A stretch of DNA of 64,000 nt from an uncultured Haloferula sp. (GCA_965652295.1 CBFGTS010000014.1:32001-96000); one strand, 5' to 3'. Counted from the stretch's first letter, positions 27,083 through 36,132 are shown. Notes: generated by a model not told the origin, from the letters alone. Translations and numbers: made by a program.

Positions 27083-27152
27083 ATGCACTCAGCGCCGCCA
27101 TCGCCGAACGATCCGGAGGACACAGAAGATGCCTTTCTATCCATGACCGGCA
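27083..27152 (+). pseudogene. 5' remnant of cassette 4
   Basis: TTAGCGGAAGAATTT-ATG leader resembles the cassette-1 leader (TTCGCGGAAGAAATT); MHSAPPSPNDPEDTEDAFLSMTG is cut by IS30 sequence. Confidence 0.5.
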
Positions 27153-27379
27153 TGCCCCGCTCCCAGGAGTGATGCGGAGTGGCGAAGTAGAACGGCACGT
27201 CGGTGATCTCCTCGACGGTCAGGTAGTCGTGGAACTCGCTGCCGTTGTCCGCGGTGATCGTCTTGTAGCTGCCGAGATGGCGAGCCATCAGCTTCAGGAT
27301 GGAGCGGGTGGTCTCCGCCATCGTCACCGCGCGGATCTTGCCCATCTCCAAATAACCGCTCCGGCGTTCCACGAGGGTC
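27153..27379 (-). mobile_element. Internal fragment of an IS30-family transposase
   Basis: TLVERRSGY...KTITADNGSEF...FYFATPHHSWERG; high GC against AT-richer flanks; no ends retained. Confidence 0.88.
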
Positions 27380-27829
27380 GGGAAGACGTCGTTTATCGTT
27401 GTCGCCCAGAAACCCTGCGAGAATATCCACCACTTCCAGAGTGTGAAAATAGCCCAACACAGTAAAGACCTTTTGTCGCTCTGTTAAGTAATGGTTATAG
27501 GCAGGTCCGTTTTCAAGTCCTTCTTCTTTGAGCCTTGAAACATAATCCCGGAAGAAGCCCGGGAATTCAGGTCGTTCGGCAAGGGCTGTCTCAAGCGCGG
27601 GGACTACTTGGGTCTCCATGGCTTTGGAAAACGTCGGGAGTCGGTATTTCCTGTAAAGCATGGCAAGTTCAGGCATGGCTTCCTCGGCCGGCATTTGGCG
27701 GAGTTCATGAATACGCTCCAAAACCGAGGTCTCCCATGCTTGCAACTCTGCCGGGTTGTCAGGAAGACGGGCTGATATTTTTGTCGAAATCGTGACGATT
27801 CCGACCAGCAAAACTATGAAACATTTCAT
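27380..27829 (-). pseudogene. 3'-truncated paralogue of the adjacent membrane-anchored protein (immunity-like copy 2)
   Basis: Signal peptide; LKEEGLENGPAYNHYLTER...EVV..LAGFL.DND.RRLP aligns with the upstream gene, then fuses to IS30 sequence. Confidence 0.8.
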
Positions 27830-27859
27830 GGATTACAGCGGCACCTCCGCCACCGCCCC

Positions 27860-28669
27860 TCATGAAGCCAGCCGGGCCTTCCATCTCCAGAAAGCGAATC
27901 CCAGCACTAGCGCCAGCAACGCTCCCACCACTGGAATCCACGGAGTTTCCTCCGGCGCATTCCCTTGATCGACAACGGGTTGTTCGGGCCGCTCGTCCAC
28001 CGACCGACGTGGTTCCCTCGGTGTCGCCAACACTTCTCCTCGGAAATCGTAGCGCTTCTTCGAGCCTTTGAAAGAATACGCCTGCTTGCCTTCGCGCACT
28101 CGATCCCGCCATTCGAGCCAGAGATCCATGCGCATCGAGCTCGGCACTGGAGGATTTTCCAACATGCCCGCCAGCGCGCTGGCAGAAGCTTGACCCAATG
28201 TTCCCTCAAACTCAGGCAGACGCCGTTCGTCGTTGTCATCCAGAAAGCCTGCGAACATCTCAACCACTTCGGGAGTATGGATTTGGGAGAGTGCCGAGAA
28301 GGCCATCCTCCTTTCGGTGAGGTAGTGGTTGTAGGCTGGCCCGCTCTCAAGGCCTTGCTCCTTTAAGTCGAGAATATAAGATTCAACGTGACTGGGGAAA
28401 TCCGGGTGCTCCTTCAAGGCTTCCTCCGCCGCTGTTTTTACAATAGGTTGGCTTTTCTCGCGATTTGTTGGGAGATTCATCTGAAAGACGTAACGCATCA
28501 ACTTGTGAAGCGTCTCCTTAGTTGGAGACCTTCGTTGACGCTCGATCGATTCCAAGATGCCCTTCTCCCAATTCGCGTATTCTTCCGGGTCAGACGGCAG
28601 GTGTCCGAATGCGTGGGAAGCAAGGAAGATGATCCAACATACCATCCATTGCACATGACTTGTTTTCAT
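27860..28669 (-). CDS. Secreted, C-terminally membrane-anchored helical protein (immunity-like copy 1)
   Basis: Signal peptide, GPAYNHYLTER core, TM WIPVVGALLALVLGFAFW followed by RWKAR; ATGA overlap with the upstream metalloprotease gene. Confidence 0.8.
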   Translation of the reverse strand: MKTSHVQWMVCWIIFLASHAFGHLPSDPEEYANWEKGILESIERQRRSPTKETLHKLMRYVFQMNLPTNREKSQPIVKTAAEEALKEHPDFPSHVESYILDLKEQGLESGPAYNHYLTERRMAFSALSQIHTPEVVEMFAGFLDDNDERRLPEFEGTLGQASASALAGMLENPPVPSSMRMDLWLEWRDRVREGKQAYSFKGSKKRYDFRGEVLATPREPRRSVDERPEQPVVDQGNAPEETPWIPVVGALLALVLGFAFWRWKARLAS

Positions 28670-31611
28670 TCCACTGGCGGCTTCAGATTTACTTCCAACC
28701 ATGCATCAATCTTATCCCATTCCCCCTTCACCAACAGCCGCTTTCTCAATAGACCGGTGTGAAACGGATTCGAATACATCAATCGATCGGGGTGATGGGT
28801 ACCTGCCAAGGGTGCAGGTCCTTCGCCATTATTCGGGTGTCCTCCCCCCATCATGACGTGCCCGATTTCGTGCGCCAACGTGTTGAGAATACCGCTTTTG
28901 CTCCTCCCCGTATTGCCGGGGAGCCAGACGGTTTGCGAAGCCGGATGAGCAAGACCCACATACCCTCCGAAACCATGGAACTCGCTGTTGAAATCCCGCC
29001 AGACGGTGATTTGTTCCGCGCCACCCACGAAATAAACGTTGATGTCCGCAGTGGCGTCCACTCCCGCAGAGGTAAGGATCTTGCTTTGTTCGGCTCCAAT
29101 GTCGCTACCATTCGAATCCAATGAACTATTCCCTGAGGCAGGTCCTGATCCGGGCTCTTGTAGAAAATCCTCTCCCGTTCCGTAGTCCCAATACACCGGG
29201 GTCGGCTGGACATCACCGGAGGTTTCGACGTCCCAATAGGCGTTGACCTGTTTGCCGTAGATGTCGTCGAGGAATTCCTCGATTTCGGCTTTGGTGAAGG
29301 CGTGTTCAGGATTCACCCGGCCGTCCACGCCGTTGTTCTGCGCGACGTGCCAGAAGTGGAGTTTCACCTCACGCCGCTTCATGACCTTCACTCCGATCGG
29401 ATGGGAAACGCTGTCGGCATCTTCGAAACCGAGATCCACATCCACCTCGGACGAGGACGTCGCAGCCGAGGACCAACTTACGGGAGTAGTCCCGAGATCA
29501 AGGGTAGCAGGAGTAATGGCGACGTTCCCGGCGCTCAAGGTCAGGGCCCGGTCGGGCGTCACGGGAGCGTGGACGACCGAGGCATTCGCCTCCGAACCTC
29601 CTCCGGGAACCATCACCCAGATTTTGCCCCCTTGTCGTTCGTCCTCCTTCAATGCGGTCGCCGAGACAGGATCGACTCCGGTGGCAAATTCGTCGTCCTC
29701 CACCCGAACGGGAACGGCGCTGAGCAATCGGGTGAAATCCGCCGGAGCCTCGTGGGAGGAGAGACCCGCGACAAGGGAACCCGAACCGGCCATTCCCAAA
29801 AGGCGGGCCTGCTTCCATTCCCCGTCCAATCCGGGAGCGATCTCGGGGAGGTAATACAGCCGCCCATTCCGCCAGACCAATCCCTCGCGCATGACGCCGG
29901 TTCCGTCCTTGGACAGATCGATGAGATCTTTCATTTTCGAGATCGGAGACCAATCCGACGAAGACTTCCTGGCTCTCGGAGTCACCTTTTCACCGAGGAG
30001 CACCAAGCCTCCATTACCGTTTTCTCCACCCACTTCAACCATCTTCCGAAATTCATTCTTACCCAGCGAGATCGCCGCGCCTCCCGCTCCGGTAAGGAAG
30101 CCTTCCTCGTTCTGCCAGTCGTACCCCCAGAGAGCCCCGGACTCGTGGGCAAACACCGCATACGGCGGGGCCGGGGTATAGACAGGTTCGGACCCTTCCG
30201 GTTCAAGATCCCAAACCACCCGCTGGTCCTGCTGCCAGCTCACTCCGGAACCCGAGCCACTGGAGACCCCCTTGTAGTTTTGAACCACGATTTTCCCGTC
30301 GTTCGAAAGGGTCGAACCAAACCTCAAAAAACCGTGTGCCATGTCATACGGTGCACGGGCCGCATCGTTGCCTGATCTCATTTCGGAGGCACCGTCGCCG
30401 GGTTTCTTCCACCAAACGAGGCGTCTGCTCTCCCGGCTTTCATTGAGATCATCGTCGAAGGTCTGACTCCCCACGACCCAGCCCTGATCATTCATGGCGT
30501 AGAGCAGGGCATCTTCGCCATAGTCCACGATCTCGCCGCGATCCCAAACCTTGCGGCTGAACATCACCCTGCCCACATCGTCCACCCCCGCCGGGCCCTC
30601 CGGCCATAAGCCTGGTGTGGTGAGAGAGGAGATCGGCAACTCAAACACCGCATACACCGAGTGGGGAGTCTTTTTCCAATTGATGAGCGAGTCGTTTGCA
30701 ACCGCGTCTTCACTATCCGGCACCGAGTCTCCATCCGAGTCGAGCTGCTGTCCATCCGGTACACCATCGCCGTCGTTGTCACTTTGAAAGGGAGAGGCCA
30801 AACCCGAGTCCGGGTGCTCGGGATCCAACATCACGGCAAATTCGGCCCAATCGGGACTGCCATCGGAATCGGAGTCGAGACTCCAATCCGCCGAAATCCG
30901 CACGAACCCCCTGCCATCCGGCGAGGCGGGAGCCGGGGGAGGTGCCGCACGAGCAACGGCCACGGAATTGGCGACGGCCGCGTTCATTTCGGGCAGGCGG
31001 GCCCGGAACTCATTCACCATCGCGGCATCCTCTTCGGCAAGCGGAGACTCTTCCTGCGGAGGGATCTGCGGCGTGGGAAGATGGAGGACGAAAAAGTAGT
31101 AGTCGCCGTAGGGGTGGGCGAACCATGGCATCTCCGACCAGTCCTGATGCAGGGATTCAGGAATCCGGAACACCACCGATCCACCTGAATCGAGCGAACG
31201 CCAGGAAAGGATGGTGCCCGTTTCCGGAGAGGCCGCCGGGGCGACCATCAGGCTGACGTGGTGCAAGGGCATCTCCACCGCTTCACCCCCGGGCGCTTCC
31301 GGGTCCGGTGCCGGGGCCGGCTCCCTTTCCACCAATGGCACGACGTGTTCGTGCCCCAGGCCGTAGACTTCGTCGATCTCCTCCCAATCCTGCAGATCCC
31401 GGCTGAACTCGACCCGATAACCCACACCAGCCGTCGATCGAAATACCCAGGAAGTCTGCACCGATCCATCAAGCGCGGGCACATCCTCCATCCAACGGGG
31501 CGGCAGCGGGTCATCTTCGTGGGGCGCTACCGAAGAGAAGGCCAGCGACACCATGCTTGTAGCCAAGAACACCTTGGAAAAGGTCATCCAGCACTCAGTC
31601 ATGAGTGCCAT
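28666..31611 (-). CDS. Large secreted multidomain protein with Ca-binding DxDxDG repeats and a C-terminal zinc metallopeptidase (metzincin-like) domain
   Basis: Signal peptide (start may be 31587); YRVEFSRDLQDW motif; DSDSDGSPD, DNDGDGVPD, DSDGDSVPD; AHEIGHVMMGGGH with Met-turn-like DRLMY near the C-terminus. Confidence 0.85.
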   Translation of the reverse strand: MALMTECWMTFSKVFLATSMVSLAFSSVAPHEDDPLPPRWMEDVPALDGSVQTSWVFRSTAGVGYRVEFSRDLQDWEEIDEVYGLGHEHVVPLVEREPAPAPDPEAPGGEAVEMPLHHVSLMVAPAASPETGTILSWRSLDSGGSVVFRIPESLHQDWSEMPWFAHPYGDYYFFVLHLPTPQIPPQEESPLAEEDAAMVNEFRARLPEMNAAVANSVAVARAAPPPAPASPDGRGFVRISADWSLDSDSDGSPDWAEFAVMLDPEHPDSGLASPFQSDNDGDGVPDGQQLDSDGDSVPDSEDAVANDSLINWKKTPHSVYAVFELPISSLTTPGLWPEGPAGVDDVGRVMFSRKVWDRGEIVDYGEDALLYAMNDQGWVVGSQTFDDDLNESRESRRLVWWKKPGDGASEMRSGNDAARAPYDMAHGFLRFGSTLSNDGKIVVQNYKGVSSGSGSGVSWQQDQRVVWDLEPEGSEPVYTPAPPYAVFAHESGALWGYDWQNEEGFLTGAGGAAISLGKNEFRKMVEVGGENGNGGLVLLGEKVTPRARKSSSDWSPISKMKDLIDLSKDGTGVMREGLVWRNGRLYYLPEIAPGLDGEWKQARLLGMAGSGSLVAGLSSHEAPADFTRLLSAVPVRVEDDEFATGVDPVSATALKEDERQGGKIWVMVPGGGSEANASVVHAPVTPDRALTLSAGNVAITPATLDLGTTPVSWSSAATSSSEVDVDLGFEDADSVSHPIGVKVMKRREVKLHFWHVAQNNGVDGRVNPEHAFTKAEIEEFLDDIYGKQVNAYWDVETSGDVQPTPVYWDYGTGEDFLQEPGSGPASGNSSLDSNGSDIGAEQSKILTSAGVDATADINVYFVGGAEQITVWRDFNSEFHGFGGYVGLAHPASQTVWLPGNTGRSKSGILNTLAHEIGHVMMGGGHPNNGEGPAPLAGTHHPDRLMYSNPFHTGLLRKRLLVKGEWDKIDAWLEVNLKPPVE

Positions 31612-31773
31612 TCAGTGCTCCGCCACACATAAGGCAAGTCAAAATGACTACGCTATGCGCTGCGAGGGTTTCAAGCTACTGAAATACCAGCCCGGAAAGG
31701 CCGTCCACTCACATCTCCCGGTTCACGTCCGAAAGATCCGGACAATCTATTTATCCATCAGGTAAAAGCAATT

Positions 31774-31965
31774 TTGCGAGAAGAACGGCTCAAACGGGGC
31801 ATCAGTTTCAGAAAATTGGAGAGCCTTTGTGGAATCTCGCACGGGTATCTTGCGCTTGCCGGGCGTTCCGATGTGCAGCCAACGCTTCTTGTGATCCGGC
31901 AATGGACCAATGGCCTTGGCATCAGTTTGGAAGACGTCATCCAACGGGCACACCAAAATTCTTGA
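31774..31965 (+). CDS. XRE-family helix-turn-helix regulator (start uncertain, possibly degenerate)
   Basis: LREERLKRGISFRKLESLCGISHGYL...QPTL...NGLGISLEDV; the frame is open upstream (PKDPDNLFIHQVKAI) without an ATG/GTG. Confidence 0.72.
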   Translation: MREERLKRGISFRKLESLCGISHGYLALAGRSDVQPTLLVIRQWTNGLGISLEDVIQRAHQNS

Positions 31966-32199
31966 GATAATCAGTTTCCGCTCCGAGGGCAGTGCCTGAG
32001 CAGCTCTCAGCAAGACCATCGGGGAAAGTCCGCCATGGCGACGTTCGTTCGCTCTCCCCTCCGCCTCATCCGAAACGCCGGAATCCACAACGATGCCGTC
32101 CGCGGCCAGCGCCCGAGGAATGGGTCAATGGACAGCCGGAGGACATGCGCGCGGTTGGTACCGCTCTGGTGACAGAGCAGGCGGATCCTGCCGGACTCG

Positions 32200-33258
32200 T
32201 CATATCCGAGGATGCGACCGGGACCCGACCAGCCGCCCGCGCATCATCACGTCCGGTCCGAGACGTTCGAACGCCACCTCATCGAGCTTCGCCCCGTTCG
32301 GAAAGCCCAGGCCTTCCAGCGAGGGGACGCTTCCGCCGCATAGCAGGGGTGCCATGAAAACCACGACTTCATCGATGAGGCCGGCGTCCATCCATCGCCC
32401 CGCCATCCGCCCGCCGCATTCCAGCAGAACGGCGTTCACCCCGCGATCCGCCGCCAGAGATCGGAGAAGCGCCTCCGGCTCGCCGGCCGGGACGACCAGG
32501 GTGCGATGCCGGTTCCCGTCGGCAAAAATCGGGGCATCGGCCGGCAGTGAATCGGGCCGCTCGGAAACCACCACCCGCCAGGGTATTTCGCGTCCCTTCA
32601 GGTACTGCGGATCTCGTAGATCGAGCCGCGGCAGGTCGGCGCGGACGGTCGCCCCACTGGTCACCACCGCATCGGACTCCGCCCTGAGTTGCTGGACCTT
32701 GGTCCGCGCGGCGGCACCGGTCAGCCACATGCCCTCGCCCGGCGGACGGGTGAGGCGGGCGTCCAGGCTCATCGCGGTTTTCCACACCACCCACGGCAGC
32801 CCCCGCGTCACCACCTTGCCGAAAGGCCGGATCAGCCTTTCACCCTCGGCGGCAAGCACACCGCGCGTCACGGCGATCCCGGCGTTTTCCAGCAGCCGGT
32901 CGGCCCGCCCGGCGTGGTCCGGGTTCGGATCAGTGGCAGCATAGACCACCCGGGCGACGCCTGCCTCGATGAGACCGTCGACACACGGCGGCGTGCGCCC
33001 GTGAGTGGAGCAGGGCTCCAGGGTGACATAGATCGTCGCTCCCCGGACCGCCTCCGCGCCAAGCCGGCTGCGGGCATCCGCCAGCGCTTCTCTTTCGGCA
33101 TGCGGAAGCCCGGCGCGGCGATGCCAACCGGCCCCGATTTCCTGCCCCTCGCGCACGATCACCGCACCGACCGCCGGGTTGGGTGCCGTCCTGCCGATTC
33201 CTTTCCGCGCCTCGTCCAGAGCGCGCCGCATCCAGTGCTCGTCCGCTTCCACGCCCAT
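32200..33258 (-). CDS. ribD: Bifunctional riboflavin biosynthesis deaminase/reductase
   Basis: PNPAVGAV, HAE, TLEPCSTHGRTPPC, AMSLDA, LLECGG. Confidence 0.95.
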   Translation of the reverse strand: MGVEADEHWMRRALDEARKGIGRTAPNPAVGAVIVREGQEIGAGWHRRAGLPHAEREALADARSRLGAEAVRGATIYVTLEPCSTHGRTPPCVDGLIEAGVARVVYAATDPNPDHAGRADRLLENAGIAVTRGVLAAEGERLIRPFGKVVTRGLPWVVWKTAMSLDARLTRPPGEGMWLTGAAARTKVQQLRAESDAVVTSGATVRADLPRLDLRDPQYLKGREIPWRVVVSERPDSLPADAPIFADGNRHRTLVVPAGEPEALLRSLAADRGVNAVLLECGGRMAGRWMDAGLIDEVVVFMAPLLCGGSVPSLEGLGFPNGAKLDEVAFERLGPDVMMRGRLVGSRSHPRI

Positions 33259-33384
33259 GAAATGACGCCTGGGCCGGCTTCCGGCAACTCCGGGATTGAA
33301 CCCATCCGCCATCGTGTGCATGGTTCCCTATACTCGGATTCCTGGTTTTTCCGGGTTTCATCATCCAACACCGCCACCGAACCC

Positions 33385-33915
33385 ATGAAATCGAAGTTGC
33401 TCGCTGCCATCCTCGCCCTCGCCGCCTTGCCGGTTGCCGCCGATGAGGCCAACGACGCCTACACCCGCGGGATGCAGGCTTTGAAAAACAACGACGTCGA
33501 TGCCGCGCAGACCGCTTTCACCGAAACCCTGCGCCTGCGTCCCGACCACCCCTACGCCCGCTACCAGCTCGGCCTGCTCAAGCAGCAGGGCCTGCAACTC
33601 CGCGCCAGAAAGAAGGAAGCCGCGCTGGCGAGCATCCGGCTGCCGGAGGTGAACTTCGAGGAAGCTCCGTTCGCCGAGGCGGTGGCCGCGTTGAACTCGA
33701 TGATCGAAACCGAATCGGCCAAATCCCTCGGCGCGGAGAACGCGATCGTGCCAAACCTCAACGTGCAGGACTCCACCGGGCAGCTCGGCCAGAAGGAGGT
33801 CACCCTGCAACTGAAGAACGTGCCCGCGAACACCGTCCTGAAATACCTGCTCGAACAGGTCGGGGCGAAGATCCGCTACGATGAGCATGCGACGGTGATC
33901 ATGCCCGCCGGCTGA
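33385..33915 (+). CDS. Secreted protein with a TPR and a secretin/TonB N-terminal (STN)-like domain
   Basis: Signal peptide MKSKLLAAILALAALPVAA; TPR-like helix pair; IRLPEVNF...VTLQLKNVP...VLKYL...IRYDEHA. Confidence 0.7.
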   Translation: MKSKLLAAILALAALPVAADEANDAYTRGMQALKNNDVDAAQTAFTETLRLRPDHPYARYQLGLLKQQGLQLRARKKEAALASIRLPEVNFEEAPFAEAVAALNSMIETESAKSLGAENAIVPNLNVQDSTGQLGQKEVTLQLKNVPANTVLKYLLEQVGAKIRYDEHATVIMPAG

Positions 33916-33964
33916 CGCACCCGCGCGCTTGCCAGACGCGCCCTCCGCTCCAAGCTGGTCCCGG

Positions 33965-34612
33965 ATGGAGCGCGTCTGCATCACCGGTGGCAAGGGCCAC
34001 CTCGCCCAAGCCATCGCCGCCGCCTTTTCCGCCGGCGGCGATGAAGTGCATGCCCCCGAGCGCGACGAGCTGGACGTGACCTCGGCCGCTTCGGTCGAGG
34101 CGTATTTCAAAAGCCTGCCGCCGCCCGACCTGCTCGTCCTCAACGCCGGCACCGCGGAGAACCGGTTGCTGGCCCGCTGCCATGAAGATTCCTGGGATCT
34201 TCAGATGGACGTGAACCTCCACGGAGCCTTCCGCTGCGCCCGAGCTGCAGCAAAGCGGATGCTCAATGTCCGCCGCGGCCACCTCGTCTTCATCTCGAGC
34301 CACGCCGCAGCCCATCCGGCCTTCGGGCAGAGCGCCTATGGTGCCTCCAAAGCCGCACTTCACGGCCTCGCGCTTTCGCTCGCCCGCGAACTCGGGGCCG
34401 CCGGCATCCGCGTCAATGTCGTCCTGCCCGGGTTTCTCGCCACCCCCATGACCGCAGACATCTCCGGGCCGCGGCTCGATCAGGTCCTCGCCGACCACGT
34501 CCTCGGCCACATCAATACCCCGGAAGCCGTCGCCCGTTTCCTCGTCACCCTGCACCGCGATCTCGCCCACACCTCCGGCCAGATCTTCCAGCTCGATTCC
34601 CGACCGGGTTGA
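33965..34612 (+). CDS. Short-chain dehydrogenase/reductase (FabG-like)
   Basis: ITGGKGHL, LVLNAG, FISS, YGASK, IRVNVVLPG. Confidence 0.9.
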   Translation: MERVCITGGKGHLAQAIAAAFSAGGDEVHAPERDELDVTSAASVEAYFKSLPPPDLLVLNAGTAENRLLARCHEDSWDLQMDVNLHGAFRCARAAAKRMLNVRRGHLVFISSHAAAHPAFGQSAYGASKAALHGLALSLARELGAAGIRVNVVLPGFLATPMTADISGPRLDQVLADHVLGHINTPEAVARFLVTLHRDLAHTSGQIFQLDSRPG

Positions 34613-34625
34613 CCGAAATGGCGCA

Positions 34626-34661
34626 TTGACCGCAACCCGCCATTCCATAACCTCCCGGCTC
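34626..34661 (+). promoter_or_regulatory. Putative sigma70 promoter for a leaderless lipoprotein gene
   Basis: TTGACC-16 bp-TAACCT-8 bp-ATG with no SD. Confidence 0.55.
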
Positions 34662-34952
34662 ATGAAAACCCTCCTGCCCGTCCTTTTGCTCGCGCTGGCC
34701 CACGTGTCATGCAGCACCGCCACCCGCTCCGTGCAGACCGCTGGCAGGACCGTGAACGCGGCCAACCGCACCGTGGCGCGGTCCGGCGAGATCTCCCGCA
34801 ACACGATGGACACCGCCAACCGCACCCGGGCCTATCCTTCCCGCACCTATGGCACCGTCCAGCGGACCTACGCCAATGCCCCGGCCACAGCCACCCGGAC
34901 CCAAGGCACCCTCAGCCGTCTTTACGACGCCATCACCCGCAGCTTCCGCTGA
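34662..34952 (+). CDS. Small basic Thr/Arg-rich lipoprotein
   Basis: MKTLLPVLLLALAHVS-C lipobox-like; internal repeats (RTVNAANRT, NTMDTANRT). Confidence 0.65.
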   Translation: MKTLLPVLLLALAHVSCSTATRSVQTAGRTVNAANRTVARSGEISRNTMDTANRTRAYPSRTYGTVQRTYANAPATATRTQGTLSRLYDAITRSFR

Positions 34953-34959
34953 TCCCCGG

Positions 34960-35367
34960 CTAACCGGAAACCACCCGCCCGCCTCCGGGCGCGGGCTCGA
35001 TCCTCAACCAGCGCGTCTCCGGCGGCATCACTTCCGGAAAGCGATCGGCCCATTCCGCCACCACCACCCCGCCCTGGTCCAGCAGCTCGTCCCAGCCGAT
35101 CGCCAGCAACTCGTCGGCCGAGCCGAGCCGGTAGAAGTCCAGATGCGCCAGCGGCAGCCGCCCTCCCGGATACTCGTGCAGCAGCGCGAAAGTCGGACTC
35201 GTCGCCTCCGCCCCGCACCCCAGGCCCTCCGCCAGCCCCTTGGTCAGATGCGTTTTTCCCGCCCCCAGTCCGCCCACCAACGCGAGAATCTCACCCCCGC
35301 ACAATCCGGAGGCGATCTCGCGGCCCAGCGCCACCATCGCGGCGGCATCGGCGACATGTCGTTCCAT
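34960..35367 (-). CDS. tsaE: tRNA threonylcarbamoyladenosine biosynthesis ATPase
   Basis: GGLGAGKT, TSPTFAL, HLDFYRL, EWADRF. Confidence 0.95.
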   Translation of the reverse strand: MERHVADAAAMVALGREIASGLCGGEILALVGGLGAGKTHLTKGLAEGLGCGAEATSPTFALLHEYPGGRLPLAHLDFYRLGSADELLAIGWDELLDQGGVVVAEWADRFPEVMPPETRWLRIEPAPGGGRVVSG

Positions 35368-35501
35368 CCCCCGGAAAAAACCCGCAGGAGAACCCGCGTC
35401 GAACCCAAAAAATTCCCTTGCCGCGCAGAAAAGCCTGTGCTGTCCTCCCCGCCCGCCCGCGGACCCCGCGGGTCTTCCCACCTCGAACTTTTCCTACGGC
35501 C

Positions 35502-35810
35502 ATGGCCTACGCAGTGATCAAAACCGGCGGCAAGCAATACCGCGTCAAAGAAGGCGACCAACTCGACGTCGAGAATCTCAACCTCGACGAGGGCACCAAG
35601 CTTGAGTTCGCCCCGCTCCTCGTAGGCGAAGGCGGCGATGTGCAGATCGGCGCGCCGGTCGTGGACGGTGCCACCGTCACCGCCACCGTGCTCGGCAACC
35701 TCCGTGGCCCCAAGGGCATCGCGTTCAAGTTCAAGCGCCGCAAGGGCTTCCACAAGACCAAGGGCTTCCGCCGCGCGCTCACCAAGATCGAGATCAACTC
35801 CATCGGTTGA
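35502..35810 (+). CDS. rplU: 50S ribosomal protein L21
   Basis: [15 protein letters not shown]...FKFKRRK. Confidence 0.97.
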   Translation: MAYAVIKTGGKQYRVKEGDQLDVENLNLDEGTKLEFAPLLVGEGGDVQIGAPVVDGATVTATVLGNLRGPKGIAFKFKRRKGFHKTKGFRRALTKIEINSIG

Positions 35811-35845
35811 TCCCCAGACACTGAAACTCCCAACCTTCCCGATTC

Positions 35846-36106
35846 ATGGCCCATAAAAAAGGACAAGGCTCCGTCAAGAACGGACGCGACTCGCGTTCCA
35901 AGCGCCTCGGCGTGAAGAAATTCGGTGGTGAGGCCGTCATTCCCGGCAACATCATTCTCCGCCAGCGCGGCACCAAGTGGCACCCCGGCAAGAACGTCTT
36001 CATGGGCAAGGATTACACCATCCATGCCGGCATCGAAGGCCGCGTCTTCTTTGACCGCGACGGCCGCCGCGTGAACGTCCAGCCGCTCGAAGTCGCCGCC
36101 AACTAA
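35846..36106 (+). CDS. rpmA: 50S ribosomal protein L27
   Basis: [24 protein letters not shown]...RQRGTK. Confidence 0.98.
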   Translation: MAHKKGQGSVKNGRDSRSKRLGVKKFGGEAVIPGNIILRQRGTKWHPGKNVFMGKDYTIHAGIEGRVFFDRDGRRVNVQPLEVAAN

Positions 36107-36132
36107 GGCGCTTCTCTGGTTTTCTCTTTTCC

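Noticed and set aside
27137..27829. Intact 230-aa gene as given in the ORF track
   Set aside because: A chimera: similarity to the paralogue ends at RRLP and the remainder is out-of-frame IS30 sequence.
22520..32200. tRNA-anchored island with flanking direct repeats
   Set aside because: No tRNA and no matching attL/attR repeats were found by eye at either boundary.
33259..33384. FMN riboswitch upstream of ribD
   Set aside because: The 126-bp divergent spacer has none of the conserved RFN sequence blocks.
35456..35472. Ribosomal-protein leader RNA before rplU
   Set aside because: Only a 6-bp GC hairpin, expected by chance at this GC content; no recognisable conserved motif.
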